Origin: Chloroflexota bacterium
Lineage (GTDB): Bacteria; Chloroflexota; Dormibacteria; CF-121
Reading direction: 5' to 3'
Length of the DNA: 64,000 nucleotides
NCBI GenBank assembly: GCA_005889345.1
Contig: VBFR01000183.1
Span: 1,315 to 65,314 of the forward strand
The notes under the pieces are model-generated. The model saw only the letters and a program-made list of their open reading frames with translations, had not been told where the DNA came from and made no database searches. The translations under genes were made by a program, and so were the position numbers. Of this stretch, positions 8,788-18,373 are shown one piece after another. The stretch's first letter is position 1. Each line of letters opens with the position of its first letter.

Positions 8788-10695
8788 TCAGCCGGCCGAA
8801 ACCGCGATTTGGTCGAAGGCCGGGGAGTTCGCGAACTGATCGAATGAATAGCTGATCCGCGGTGGTACGACTTGAACCACGTTCTCGACAGCGTACGGTG
8901 CGATGGGCACGACGTTCTCCATGAGGTACATGTCGAGCTCGGTCCAACACTGCCTCTGTCGATCGCTACTCAGCAAACACTCGTGAATTCGGCTATCGAC
9001 GCCCGGAACGCTCGACACGCCATAGCCCCATTGGCGCAGTTGGGCGGGCGTTGCTCCGATCAGCGTATGGCGACACCAGGGGTTGCAGGCGGTGACCCGC
9101 GTTTCAGCTGTCGCTGGGGCGGTGAAAGCCGGACTCAAAACCGACGATGCGCTCAAGTAGCTCTTTCCCCCACCCATCGTGAGCACGAGAGGCACTTTGC
9201 GTGTGGGGTCGCTGGCCAAACCCTGGACGTCCTTGGGGGTCTGGACGTCAAGGACAATGCCGATTTGGTTGAGGTCGTCGGCGATGATCGATCCCATCTG
9301 AAGAAATACCGGCCCTCCCTGGGCGGCAACCGAATTGATCGCGAGTGCGAGAACGTGCTTGCATTCCGGCGCATCGCACATTCCGTTGTGGTCGCGGTCG
9401 TAGCGAGACTGTCTTATCTCCTGCATCGCCAGGTCCAGGTTGCCCCGGTAATCGGCGGTCCGGTAGGGGTCGTAGCTGGCCAGGGCGTTATTCTCCAGAC
9501 TGTCCGGGGCGATGTGCGTGGCGATCGTGGCGCCCAGGCCGCCACCGTAGCTGTCGACGAGGGCTCGCTTGTTGATGACGTAATTCACCGCCTTGCGGAC
9601 ATGGATATCGTCGAAGGGCGGAACCGCGAGGTTCATGCTGATATACCTGAAGCTGTCCCTTGAGCTCACCTTCACCTCGCCCAGCGCTCGGTTGGCGCGC
9701 ACCTTGTCGACCAGCCACGATTGCACCTGGAACGGAGGGCTTGGCAGCCAGACGAGATCGGCCTGGCGGCTTTCCCACAGGTGAGCCGCCTCATCGCGCG
9801 ACATGCCGATCGTGATCCGCATCTCATCGAGGTAGGCCGGTCGCAGCGGATCCGTTGCCGGCTTCCACGACGGATTGCGCACCAGCGTCAGGGACGAACC
9901 CGGGACAAAGCCGGAGACCGGTCTCTGCTTGTCTGGGGCGAGCTTGAAGTCGAGTTGCGGGCTGCCCTTGATCATGTAGGGCCCGGACGCGACCAGGAAG
10001 CGCCCAAAACCGCTATCGTGTCCGGTCGCCACGCCGTACGCGGCGGCTGCGTCAGGGGAAGGCGGGATGGGGGCACTGTTTGAAAGGGTAAAGCGATAGG
10101 GCAGGTCACTGGCCGGCTGATTGAGCCGAACCCTCAGGGTGTACGGGTTGGGGGTCTCGAGACCGGAGATGGTGGTCGTCTTCCCTTCACGGTACTGGTC
10201 AAACCCGTCGATGACGGAGTACACCCACGCCTGGCCGTTCGGGACGCGGGCCTCTCGCTGCATGGCCCTGACGAAGTCGGCCGCGAGGATTTCCCGATCG
10301 ATCGGCGGCGCATACTTGATTCCAGGGCGAATCCGGAATGTCCACGTCAGGGAATCCGCTGAGACGTCCGGCATGGCGAGCGCCAGGTCGGGGTGGAGTT
10401 CGGCGCCACCGTCCTGCGCCGGACGACCTGGGTAGGAAAAGAGCGTCCGTAGCAAGCAGCAGCGAAACAGTTCGGCAGAGTCGAGCCAGGTGTTGACCTG
10501 AGGGTCCAGGCCGTCCGCTTTTGGTGTGGGAAAGGTGAGCTCCGAGCCATTCCAGCTCGGCATCACCACCGTCAATACTCCGCCGCGAGCAGGGCCGGGG
10601 GTCGGCCGCGAGCCCGTTGCAGGGGCCGGATCACAGGCTGAGGCGACGACGGCCAGTACGCCGGCGAGCAGTGCCACCCTCGGGCTAGCTGCCAT
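8788..10695 (-). CDS. ABC peptide/nickel-type substrate-binding lipoprotein (SBP family 5)
   Basis: Lipobox ASAC after ATG 10695; PDLA..MPDVS.D.LTWTFRIR.GIKY, SGPY, PPFDDIHVRKAVNY. Confidence 0.85.
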   Translation of the reverse strand: MAASPRVALLAGVLAVVASACDPAPATGSRPTPGPARGGVLTVVMPSWNGSELTFPTPKADGLDPQVNTWLDSAELFRCCLLRTLFSYPGRPAQDGGAELHPDLALAMPDVSADSLTWTFRIRPGIKYAPPIDREILAADFVRAMQREARVPNGQAWVYSVIDGFDQYREGKTTTISGLETPNPYTLRVRLNQPASDLPYRFTLSNSAPIPPSPDAAAAYGVATGHDSGFGRFLVASGPYMIKGSPQLDFKLAPDKQRPVSGFVPGSSLTLVRNPSWKPATDPLRPAYLDEMRITIGMSRDEAAHLWESRQADLVWLPSPPFQVQSWLVDKVRANRALGEVKVSSRDSFRYISMNLAVPPFDDIHVRKAVNYVINKRALVDSYGGGLGATIATHIAPDSLENNALASYDPYRTADYRGNLDLAMQEIRQSRYDRDHNGMCDAPECKHVLALAINSVAAQGGPVFLQMGSIIADDLNQIGIVLDVQTPKDVQGLASDPTRKVPLVLTMGGGKSYLSASSVLSPAFTAPATAETRVTACNPWCRHTLIGATPAQLRQWGYGVSSVPGVDSRIHECLLSSDRQRQCWTELDMYLMENVVPIAPYAVENVVQVVPPRISYSFDQFANSPAFDQIAVSAG

Positions 10696-11923
10696 GGACG
10701 GCAATCCATACCGACTGATCGTCGGCTGATAACGCATCGACCCTGCCTCCCACGGCGATCGACGACATGACTCGGTTGCTCCGCTGGTCGATGCGCAGGA
10801 TCCGACCGGCCGGTCCCTCCGCCACCCACACGTCATTGCGCGTCACGCTGACCTCCGTTGGATGCGCGTCGATCGGAATCTCGAGAGGCTGGTTGGTGAC
10901 CGGGTCGATGCGGACCACGAGGTCTGCCGATTCGCTCACGACCCAGACTCCACTTGGCCCGGCCGCGATGGCCGTCGGCGCTTCTCGCAGGCCGATGGTC
11001 GCGACCACGCGGGAGGACTGGGGATCGATTCGTGACACCGTGCCCTCGACCCCGTTGGCCACCCAGACTCCAGAGGCGTCCACGGCGATCGCTTCCGGCC
11101 CATCGCCCACCGCGATGCGATTCGTCACCATGCTCGTCGAGGGGTCGACTCGGTAGACGAGATCCTTGTTTTTATCGGTGACCCAGATGGAATTCCAGCC
11201 GTAGGCGATCCCCTGCGGGGCCACGCCGCTGCCCAGCGAAACGGGCTGGCCAAACTGGTTCGTCTTCGGATCAAATGGCTCGAGCGCGGTGTCGCCGAAG
11301 GCCGCGGCGATCCAGACCAGGCCACCGCCGACCGTGATGCCGACCGGTGGTGCGGGAACACCGTAGCTGCCGAGCACCGCTGCGGTCTTGGGGTCGATGC
11401 GAGTCAGGACCTTGTCTTCGTAACTCACGCTCCACATCCCGCCCATGCCGACCGCCAATGTGCTGGCTCGGGTCGACAGCGGCGACGACCAGCGGGTCGG
11501 CTGGCCACTCCCGGCGTCGACCTGGAGGACTCGACCTCGAGTTGGGGATGCCGGTACCGGTGCGTGACTGCGGAGGGAGACGGCGACGAGCCCACTCGCC
11601 GCCAGAACCGTGGCTGCGGCGAGCCCCAATACGGCCAGCCTGAGGGAGGGGCGCAATCGTTGGCGCTTGGTCGAGTCGTCCGGAAGCGCAGAGAATGGCG
11701 CAGCGTCGATTGGTCGTGGCCGGGGCTGGTCGAGTGCCATCCATGCGGCGATCTGGCTGCGCGTATGAAATCCGAGCTTGTTGCGGATCTGCTCGACATG
11801 GAACTCGGCAGTGCGCTCCGAGATAAATAGCTTGGCAGCGATTTGCCGGTTGGTCAGCCCCAGGGCGACGAGCTCCGCAACTTCACGTTCACGATGGGTG
11901 AGCGACAACGTCGCTGTGTTCAC
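10685..11923 (-). CDS. Membrane-anchored LuxR HTH regulator with extracytoplasmic beta-propeller
   Basis: N-terminal LTHREREVAELVALGLTNRQIA.KLFISERT; one TM; repeats such as VWVANGVEGTVSRIDP. Confidence 0.85.
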   Translation of the reverse strand: MNTATLSLTHREREVAELVALGLTNRQIAAKLFISERTAEFHVEQIRNKLGFHTRSQIAAWMALDQPRPRPIDAAPFSALPDDSTKRQRLRPSLRLAVLGLAAATVLAASGLVAVSLRSHAPVPASPTRGRVLQVDAGSGQPTRWSSPLSTRASTLAVGMGGMWSVSYEDKVLTRIDPKTAAVLGSYGVPAPPVGITVGGGLVWIAAAFGDTALEPFDPKTNQFGQPVSLGSGVAPQGIAYGWNSIWVTDKNKDLVYRVDPSTSMVTNRIAVGDGPEAIAVDASGVWVANGVEGTVSRIDPQSSRVVATIGLREAPTAIAAGPSGVWVVSESADLVVRIDPVTNQPLEIPIDAHPTEVSVTRNDVWVAEGPAGRILRIDQRSNRVMSSIAVGGRVDALSADDQSVWIAVHGS

Positions 11924-12015
11924 AGCGGAGGCTTGGCGGTCGCGGCCTGGTCGGGCGCCCTCCTCACATAGACCAGCTGTCCGGCCATTCTCCCAGAATC
12001 ACGGGCAAGAAAGCA

Positions 12016-12045
12016 GGTACCAAATGCCGGTACTGGAGCCGGTAC
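12016..12045. promoter_or_regulatory. Three GGTAC direct repeats, possible operator
   Basis: GGTAC at 12016, 12029 and 12041 between the divergent LuxR and secreted-protein genes. Confidence 0.3.
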
Positions 12046-12125
12046 TTATCCCAGTGACGCCACCCCAACTCCGCCGTAGGCTGCGAGGCGGCATTTGCCG
12101 GATCTCTTGCGGAGAAGGAGTCGTC

Positions 12126-12992
12126 ATGCATAAGGGACTGATCGATCGTCACCCAACCGTCCGAAACCTTGGTCTTGCCTTGTTGGCGAGCCTGTTGAGC
12201 CTGGCGGCGGGTCCGAGGGCTCAGGCCCAGGATCAACAAGACCGGGGGTGTTCACAGCAAAGCCTGCACGGCGCTTACGGCTACAACTACGGGGGACCCG
12301 ACGGCCCCGCGATCCTCGTTACCACTACAACGGGCAAATTCTGGAGCGGCCCGGTAGCCTCGGCGGTGGGTTTGATGACGTTTGATGGAGTGGGCGGCCT
12401 CCGCGCGCAGGAGACGCGCACGTCCACTGGCCCGGTCATCCGCCGGTCTGGCACCGGAACGTACTCGGTGGGGGTGAGCAACTTTGCAGTACCGTCCCGG
12501 GCGGAGTGCATGGGCTCCGCCACGCTCGGCGGTGATTTCGGCGGCCTGACCTTTGATTTCATGATCGTGCCCGGTTCCAAAGGTCGCGAGTTTTCGCTGA
12601 TCATCACCAACCCGGGCAAGGTTCAAACCGGCGTCGCCCGAGAGACCGGCGACGAGCCATGTAGCGACGCCAGCCTCGAGGGGACGTATCGGGTCCAGAG
12701 TGCCGGGCTCAGCCTGATGTTTGGGCCGACCGCCGCCGTTGGCATGAGAATCCTCGATGGTGCCGGGAACCTGACGTGGGCAGAGGACACGCTCAGCCGC
12801 AATGGTCAGATCATGCACCGAGTGGGTCGGTCGGCGACCTATAGCGTGCTGGCCGACTGCACCATCAGCGAAGTGTTTGCCGACGGGCCGACGTTCGAAG
12901 GCGTTGTCGTCGCCGAAGGTCGCGAGGCCTACCTTGTGCGGACTGGGCCGGGTAACACCGGACCGATTCCCGTTTCTTACAAGCGCTGGTGA
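12126..12992 (+). CDS. Secreted protein with two tandem beta-rich repeats
   Basis: RBS GAAGGAG; signal peptide; repeats CSQQSLHGAY..FDGVG..TYSV..C and CSDASLEGTY..LDGAG..TYSV..C. Confidence 0.7.
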   Translation: MHKGLIDRHPTVRNLGLALLASLLSLAAGPRAQAQDQQDRGCSQQSLHGAYGYNYGGPDGPAILVTTTTGKFWSGPVASAVGLMTFDGVGGLRAQETRTSTGPVIRRSGTGTYSVGVSNFAVPSRAECMGSATLGGDFGGLTFDFMIVPGSKGREFSLIITNPGKVQTGVARETGDEPCSDASLEGTYRVQSAGLSLMFGPTAAVGMRILDGAGNLTWAEDTLSRNGQIMHRVGRSATYSVLADCTISEVFADGPTFEGVVVAEGREAYLVRTGPGNTGPIPVSYKRW

Positions 12993-12995
12993 GTT

Positions 12996-13796
12996 ATGGA
13001 GCTCAGGGCGTATGATCGGCCGGTGTTTCGCCGTACTTTTGCTGCCTCGGGTGCAGCGTTAGCCGCTGCCGCCGCACTGCTCATGAGTCAAGTGACGGTC
13101 TTCGCCTTTACCAGCGGCAGTATTGGCTACGACATCGGCTATCCGCAGTGCGGCGTCCCGGTATCGTCGTATCCGACGGCCAGTTTTGGGATCGTGGGCG
13201 TCAACGCTGGCTACCCCTTCACCTACTACAACCAGTGCCTGGCGTACGAGTACGCGAACACGCCCAATCCGTCCCTCTACATCAACACCGGCTACGATCC
13301 GAGCTACACCAATATCGACGCCACCCATTCAACGAGCCAGTGCGTGACGGCGTCGGCTTCGATTATTGGGAGTACGGACCAGCAGCGCGCATGGGCCGTC
13401 GGCTGTAGCGAGGCGTCACGCTCCCTGGCCTACGCCGCGTCCCAGGGAGCGTCCGCCCCGGCATCCTTATGGCTCGACGTCGAAACGGCGAACAGCTGGT
13501 GCGGGCAGTCCGGGACTGCGTGCACAGACCTCAGCCTGAATCAATACACGCTCCAGGGGCTCGTCGATACGCTTCACGCGGGCTCGTCGGCTCAGGTCGG
13601 CACCTACTCGACTGGGTATCAATGGAATGCGATCGTGGGCTCGCTCCCGGTCTCTGGCATCCAGTCGGACTGGGTGGCAACGGGCACGACGTCGGCGAAG
13701 CGCGCTCGTGCGTACTGCTCGAGAACCTTTAACGGGGCGCCGGTTCAGCTGGCGCAGTACTCGTCTCGGGGCTTCGATATGGACTACGCGTGTTGA
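12996..13796 (+). CDS. Secreted glycoside hydrolase-like TIM barrel (GH25/DUF1906-like)
   Basis: Signal peptide; GYDIGYPQC, WLDVETANSW, GTYST, terminal DMDYAC. Confidence 0.6.
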   Translation: MELRAYDRPVFRRTFAASGAALAAAAALLMSQVTVFAFTSGSIGYDIGYPQCGVPVSSYPTASFGIVGVNAGYPFTYYNQCLAYEYANTPNPSLYINTGYDPSYTNIDATHSTSQCVTASASIIGSTDQQRAWAVGCSEASRSLAYAASQGASAPASLWLDVETANSWCGQSGTACTDLSLNQYTLQGLVDTLHAGSSAQVGTYSTGYQWNAIVGSLPVSGIQSDWVATGTTSAKRARAYCSRTFNGAPVQLAQYSSRGFDMDYAC

Positions 13797-13815
13797 CGGT
13801 GGCGACCGGCCCTCG

Positions 13816-15474
13816 CTGACCTCCGCCGCGGATGTCATCGTCGTCGGCGCGGGACTGGCCGGGCTGGTCGCGACGGCGGAATTGGCCGACGCCGGGCAGC
13901 GGGTCATTCTGGTCGAGCAGGAACCCGAGCCCTGGCTGGGCGGGCAGGCCTTCTGGTCGTTTGGCGGCATCTTTCTCGTCAACTCGCCGGAGCAGCGGCG
14001 GCTCGGAGTTCACGATTCGCATGAGCGGGCGTTGAAGGACTGGATGGTGACGGCCGGATTCGATCGGCCGGAAGACGAGTGGCCGAGGAAGTGGGCCGAG
14101 GCGTACGTGACGTTCGCCGCCGGCGAAAAACGATCGTGGCTGCGTTCCCAGGGCGTCCGCTTCTTTCCCATCGTCGGCTGGGCCGAGCGAGGAGGCTCGC
14201 TACGTGGTGGGCCCGGGAACTCGGTGCCGCGCTTCCATGTGACGTGGGGCACGGGCCCAGGCGTCGTGGCGCCCTTCGAGCGTCGCGTTCGCGAAGCCGT
14301 GGCCCGTGGCCTCGTCACCGTCAAGTTCCGTCATCGCGTCGACGCCCTAACGGTTCGCGGCGGGTCCGTCGATGGCGTGCGTGGCGCCATCCTCGAACCG
14401 AGCGCCGTCGATCGAGGTCGACCGAGTTCGCGGGTGGAGGTCGGGGACTTTGAGCTCAATGCGTCAGCCGTGATCGTGACGTCGGGCGGGCTGGGCGGGA
14501 ACCATGAGCTGGTGCGAAAGAACTGGCCGGCCCGGCTGGGCGATCCGCCACGCGAGATGCTGAGCGGGGTGCCGGCTCATGTCGACGGCCGCATGCTCGG
14601 CATCACGGAAACTGCCGGCGGGACGGTGATCAACCGTGATCGCATGTGGCATTACGTGGAAGGGATCCAGAACTGGAAACCGATCTGGCCGAACCACGGC
14701 ATCCGGATCCTCCCGGGACCCTCGTCCATGTGGTTCGACGCAGCGGGGAATCGCCTGCCCGCGCCGCTCTTTCCCGGGTTCGACACGCTCGGCACGCTCG
14801 AGCACCTGGCGCGAACGGGCTTCGACTATTCGTGGTTTGTGCTGACGCAGCGAATCATCAAGCGCGAGTTCGCGCTTTCCGGGTCCGAGCAGAATCCCGA
14901 CCTGACGAACAAGGACCTTCGCCTGCTGCTGCAGCGGGTCATCTCGAAGTCCGGTCCGGCACCGGTTGAAGCCTTCAAGGAAAGGGGCACCGACTTCGTC
15001 GTCTCGAGCAACCTCGGCGACCTGGTTCGCGGAATGAACGCCATGACCGACGAGCCGCGCCTCGATCCCCTGAAGCTGGAGCGCGAGATCGCCGCGCGTG
15101 ATCGCGAGGTCGGCAACGGGATGACCAAGGACGCGCAGATCATCGCGATCCGTTCGGCGCGACGGTACCTCGGCGACCGGCTGATCCGGGTCGCGACGCC
15201 GCATCGCCTGCTGGATCCGGCGGCCGGCCCGCTGATCGCGGTTCGCCTGCGAATCTTGACGCGCAAGGCGCTGGGCGGCCTTGAGACCGACCTGTCCGGG
15301 CGCGTTCTGCGATCCGACGGAACGCCGCTACCCGGCCTCTATGCGGCGGGTGAGGTTGCCGGCTTCGGCGGAGGAGGGATGCACGGATACCGATCGTTGG
15401 AGGGCACCTTCCTGGGCGGCTGCCTGTTCTCCGGCCGCACCGCCGGCCGGGCCGTCGTGGCGGCTCTCGGCTGA
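13816..15474 (+). CDS. FAD-binding dehydrogenase (KsdD-like / FAD_binding_2); start probably CTG 13816
   Basis: DVIVVGAGLAGL, GGQAFWSFGG, RFHVTWGTGPG, GLYAAGE, LEGTFLGGCLFSGR. Confidence 0.85.
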   Translation: MTSAADVIVVGAGLAGLVATAELADAGQRVILVEQEPEPWLGGQAFWSFGGIFLVNSPEQRRLGVHDSHERALKDWMVTAGFDRPEDEWPRKWAEAYVTFAAGEKRSWLRSQGVRFFPIVGWAERGGSLRGGPGNSVPRFHVTWGTGPGVVAPFERRVREAVARGLVTVKFRHRVDALTVRGGSVDGVRGAILEPSAVDRGRPSSRVEVGDFELNASAVIVTSGGLGGNHELVRKNWPARLGDPPREMLSGVPAHVDGRMLGITETAGGTVINRDRMWHYVEGIQNWKPIWPNHGIRILPGPSSMWFDAAGNRLPAPLFPGFDTLGTLEHLARTGFDYSWFVLTQRIIKREFALSGSEQNPDLTNKDLRLLLQRVISKSGPAPVEAFKERGTDFVVSSNLGDLVRGMNAMTDEPRLDPLKLEREIAARDREVGNGMTKDAQIIAIRSARRYLGDRLIRVATPHRLLDPAAGPLIAVRLRILTRKALGGLETDLSGRVLRSDGTPLPGLYAAGEVAGFGGGGMHGYRSLEGTFLGGCLFSGRTAGRAVVAALG

Positions 15475-15488
15475 TCCGTCGATCCGGT

Positions 15489-16241
15489 TCACGACGTCGG
15501 GGCTGGCTGCGATGCTCCCCCGATCCTCGTCAACTCCTCGTCCCGCTGAGAGAACAGGGCTGTGCGCAAGTCCCGGAGGGCCCGGACAGCGTCACCGCTG
15601 AAGGCTGGTCCGTGCATGCACGCCAGCACGCCAGGCTGCAATGCTTCCAAGCGATCAAAGACCCGTGCGGTGTGCTCGCTCACGGGGATGTACGTGGGCA
15701 ACTGTTTGTGAGAGGCCATCGTGCGTTCAACCATGTCGCCGCTGGTCATCGAGGTTTTCTCGCCGAGCTGGGTGAAAAGGTCGCTTGCCATCAGGGTGCC
15801 GGTTGTCTCCTCGAACGCCAGGATGGCATCCCAGCAGTGGGGGACCTGAGGTGTGATCAGGAATCGTAGCTTGTGCCGTCCAAGATCGAGGACCTCACCG
15901 TCGCCCATGGTCTTGGCCGGACGGATCGCAAAGTCGTTGACATTGACCGCGACACCGAGTTCGCTATGGACGGGTTCGGCATGCGGAGCTATCTGGAGAA
16001 ACTCATTGAGCGCTCCGGACTCGTCCGCTTCCAGGTGCGACCAGGAAATGTACCGCAGGCGGCTTGGGTCGATCACCTGGCGGACCGCCTCCAGGGTCAA
16101 GGGAAAGAGAAGTCGCTGCCCGGTGTGAAATAGCAGCGGTTTCTCATCCGCGATCAAGAACTGGTTGAAGGTGATGTTGGCTTCGGGGATGAAGGTTGCG
16201 ATCCGGAAGATACCGTCGGCGATTTCGTGCACATCGGCCAT
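15489..16241 (-). CDS. Metallo-beta-lactamase fold protein (flavodiiron/ODP-like di-iron domain, no flavodoxin domain)
   Basis: SHLEADESG, TPQVPHCWD, SDLF, CMHG. Confidence 0.8.
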   Translation of the reverse strand: MADVHEIADGIFRIATFIPEANITFNQFLIADEKPLLFHTGQRLLFPLTLEAVRQVIDPSRLRYISWSHLEADESGALNEFLQIAPHAEPVHSELGVAVNVNDFAIRPAKTMGDGEVLDLGRHKLRFLITPQVPHCWDAILAFEETTGTLMASDLFTQLGEKTSMTSGDMVERTMASHKQLPTYIPVSEHTARVFDRLEALQPGVLACMHGPAFSGDAVRALRDLRTALFSQRDEELTRIGGASQPAPTS

Positions 16242-16254
16242 TTGTTGTTCCCTC

Positions 16255-16851
16255 CTAGCGAGCTGCTGATCGTCGGTTCAACCACGTCACGATGACCTCG
16301 GTGATCAGTCGCGCGGCAGCCTCGGTCGAAAGGCCGGACCGCGTTAGCGACCGCCATACGCCGAAATCGGTCAGGGCCAGCGCTGCATCGAGAGCGTGGC
16401 GCCGCCGACGCAACGGCCCGAGCGTCTCGTCCACGAGAGCCTTCAGTCCAGCCTCGCGACGGCTGAGGATCGTATCGAGAACCGGAAGTTGGTGGCGGTC
16501 GATGGCAGCTCTAGGAGTCCACGGGGCTGTTCGTCCGTAGAAAGCGAACAGCTCCCTCACGAATTGGCCGATACGGTCCTCAGGGCGCGCCAGTCCGACG
16601 AGAATGCTGGGTCCGGGAGGCTTCGTGCGGAGCGCATTCTCGGAGGTACACGCCGGCACCAGCTGATCAAGACTGGGAAAATGCCGGTATACCGTGCCGA
16701 GCGCGACATCAGCGCGCTTCGCAATGTCGGGCCAGCTCGTGCCAAGGACGCCTTTTTCGGCATGGAGCGCGATTGCGGCGTCCACGATCCGTTTGCGCGT
16801 CTCCTCATTCGCGGCGGCCCGGCGGGTCATTCGGTAGATCCTCGGCGCCAT
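16255..16851 (-). CDS. TetR/AcrR family regulator
   Basis: TRKRIVDAA...DIAKRADVALGTVYRHFPS. Confidence 0.92.
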   Translation of the reverse strand: MAPRIYRMTRRAAANEETRKRIVDAAIALHAEKGVLGTSWPDIAKRADVALGTVYRHFPSLDQLVPACTSENALRTKPPGPSILVGLARPEDRIGQFVRELFAFYGRTAPWTPRAAIDRHQLPVLDTILSRREAGLKALVDETLGPLRRRRHALDAALALTDFGVWRSLTRSGLSTEAAARLITEVIVTWLNRRSAAR

Positions 16852-16865
16852 GATTAATTAGATGA

Positions 16866-16895
16866 ATGCTACATCCAATATTAAAGCCACGTCAA
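16866..16895 (-). promoter_or_regulatory. Sigma70-type promoter of the TetR-MBL operon, overlapping an imperfect inverted repeat
   Basis: Minus strand TTGACG-N18-TAGCAT; GATG-N7-CATC within an AT-rich patch. Confidence 0.6.
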
Positions 16896-16936
16896 GCGAG
16901 GATGGTCGAGTCGAGGGGATCGAGTTCGGCCTGGGC

Positions 16937-18373
16937 CTAGAGGACGAGAGCCATTGGGCTCTGCAGGAGGCGCTTGACTTCCTGCAGGAACTGCGCGGCA
17001 GTTACGCCATAGAAGACCCGATGGTCGACGGAGAGCGTGACGCGCATCCGCTTGCCGGGGACGATCTGGCCGTCCTTCACCACCGGCTTGTCCTCGATCG
17101 CGCCGATCGCCAGGATGCCGGAATCGGGCGGGTTGATGATGGCCGTGAACTGATCGACGTCGTACATGCCCAGGTTCGAGATGCTGAACGTGTTGCCGAG
17201 GTAGTCCTGCGCTGACGCCTTGTTGCTGCGAGCGCGCTCGATCAGCTGCTTGGACTCTTTGGCGATGTCTTTGAGCGACTTCTGGTCGGCGTTGCGGAGG
17301 ACCGGCACGATCAACCGATCCGGAAGACCGACCGCGATCCCGATATTGATGTCACGCTTGCGCTCGATCCGGCCGTCGGCCCACGAGGCGTTGACTTCCG
17401 GGAACTTCGTCAGCGCCAGCGCGACCGCCTTGACGACCAGGTCGTTGAGGCTGATCGCTTCGGCCTTGTCGACCGCCTCGTTGAACATCTGCCGGAGGCG
17501 GACGGCATCGTCCATCGCGATCTCCGACGTGACGTAGAAATGCGGCGCCGAGAACGCGCTCTGGGCCAGACGCATCGCCACGGTCGTTTGCAACTTGGAG
17601 AGCTCGACGACCTCGACCTCGCCGGTGGGACGCGCGGTCGGCTGGTGCGCCTCGCGCGTGGGAGCGGCAGCGGCTTGCGGTTGGGTCTTCTGCTGGGCCG
17701 CGGCCTCAACGTCCTCTTTCGTGATCCGTCCGCCGGGGCCTGAGCCCTGCACGCGGCGCAGGTCGACGCCGTGCTCTTCGGCGAGGCGCCGGGCGACGGG
17801 GGAGACGCGCTGCCGCTCGCCATTCTCCTGCTCGGCGGGACGGCGAATCACATTGAGGGCAGCCTGCCCGGCCGCACCGACCTCGGTGCGGTCATCGGGT
17901 CCGCCGTGGGGATACTGCTCACCGCCGGCGTCAGCCGCGGCCTGGGCCGTGGCGGCGACCGCCTTGTCGGCCTGGGCAACGTGCGCCTCAGGTTTGGTCG
18001 CTTGTGGTTTCGGCGCGTCCGCAGCAGCTGGCTGCGCGCCCTGCTTCGGCTCGACGGCCGGCTGAGCAGCCTGCTTCGGCGCGGCGGCGTCTGCCTGACC
18101 TTGCCGCGCTGGCGTCTTTTCCGCTGCCGGTGCCGAGGTGCCGTCGCCGATTTCCGCAATCACGGCGCCAATCGGTGCGCTCTCGCCCTCGGGGACCACG
18201 ATCTTGCTCAGCTTGCCGCTTGCGTAGGCCTCGACCTCGATGTTGGCCTTGTCGCTCTCGATCTCGACCAGCGGCTCGCCCTTCTTGACCTCCTCGCCTT
18301 CTTTCTTCAGCCAGCGCAGGATCTTGCCGGTCTCCATTGAGTCCGACAGCCGCGGCATCTGGACGCTGGCCAT
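16937..18373 (-). CDS. pdhC: Pyruvate dehydrogenase E2, dihydrolipoamide acetyltransferase
   Basis: Lipoyl domain EIESDKA; E3-binding SPVARRLA..GSGPGGRITKEDV; catalytic DHR. Confidence 0.93.
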   Translation of the reverse strand: MASVQMPRLSDSMETGKILRWLKKEGEEVKKGEPLVEIESDKANIEVEAYASGKLSKIVVPEGESAPIGAVIAEIGDGTSAPAAEKTPARQGQADAAAPKQAAQPAVEPKQGAQPAAADAPKPQATKPEAHVAQADKAVAATAQAAADAGGEQYPHGGPDDRTEVGAAGQAALNVIRRPAEQENGERQRVSPVARRLAEEHGVDLRRVQGSGPGGRITKEDVEAAAQQKTQPQAAAAPTREAHQPTARPTGEVEVVELSKLQTTVAMRLAQSAFSAPHFYVTSEIAMDDAVRLRQMFNEAVDKAEAISLNDLVVKAVALALTKFPEVNASWADGRIERKRDINIGIAVGLPDRLIVPVLRNADQKSLKDIAKESKQLIERARSNKASAQDYLGNTFSISNLGMYDVDQFTAIINPPDSGILAIGAIEDKPVVKDGQIVPGKRMRVTLSVDHRVFYGVTAAQFLQEVKRLLQSPMALVL

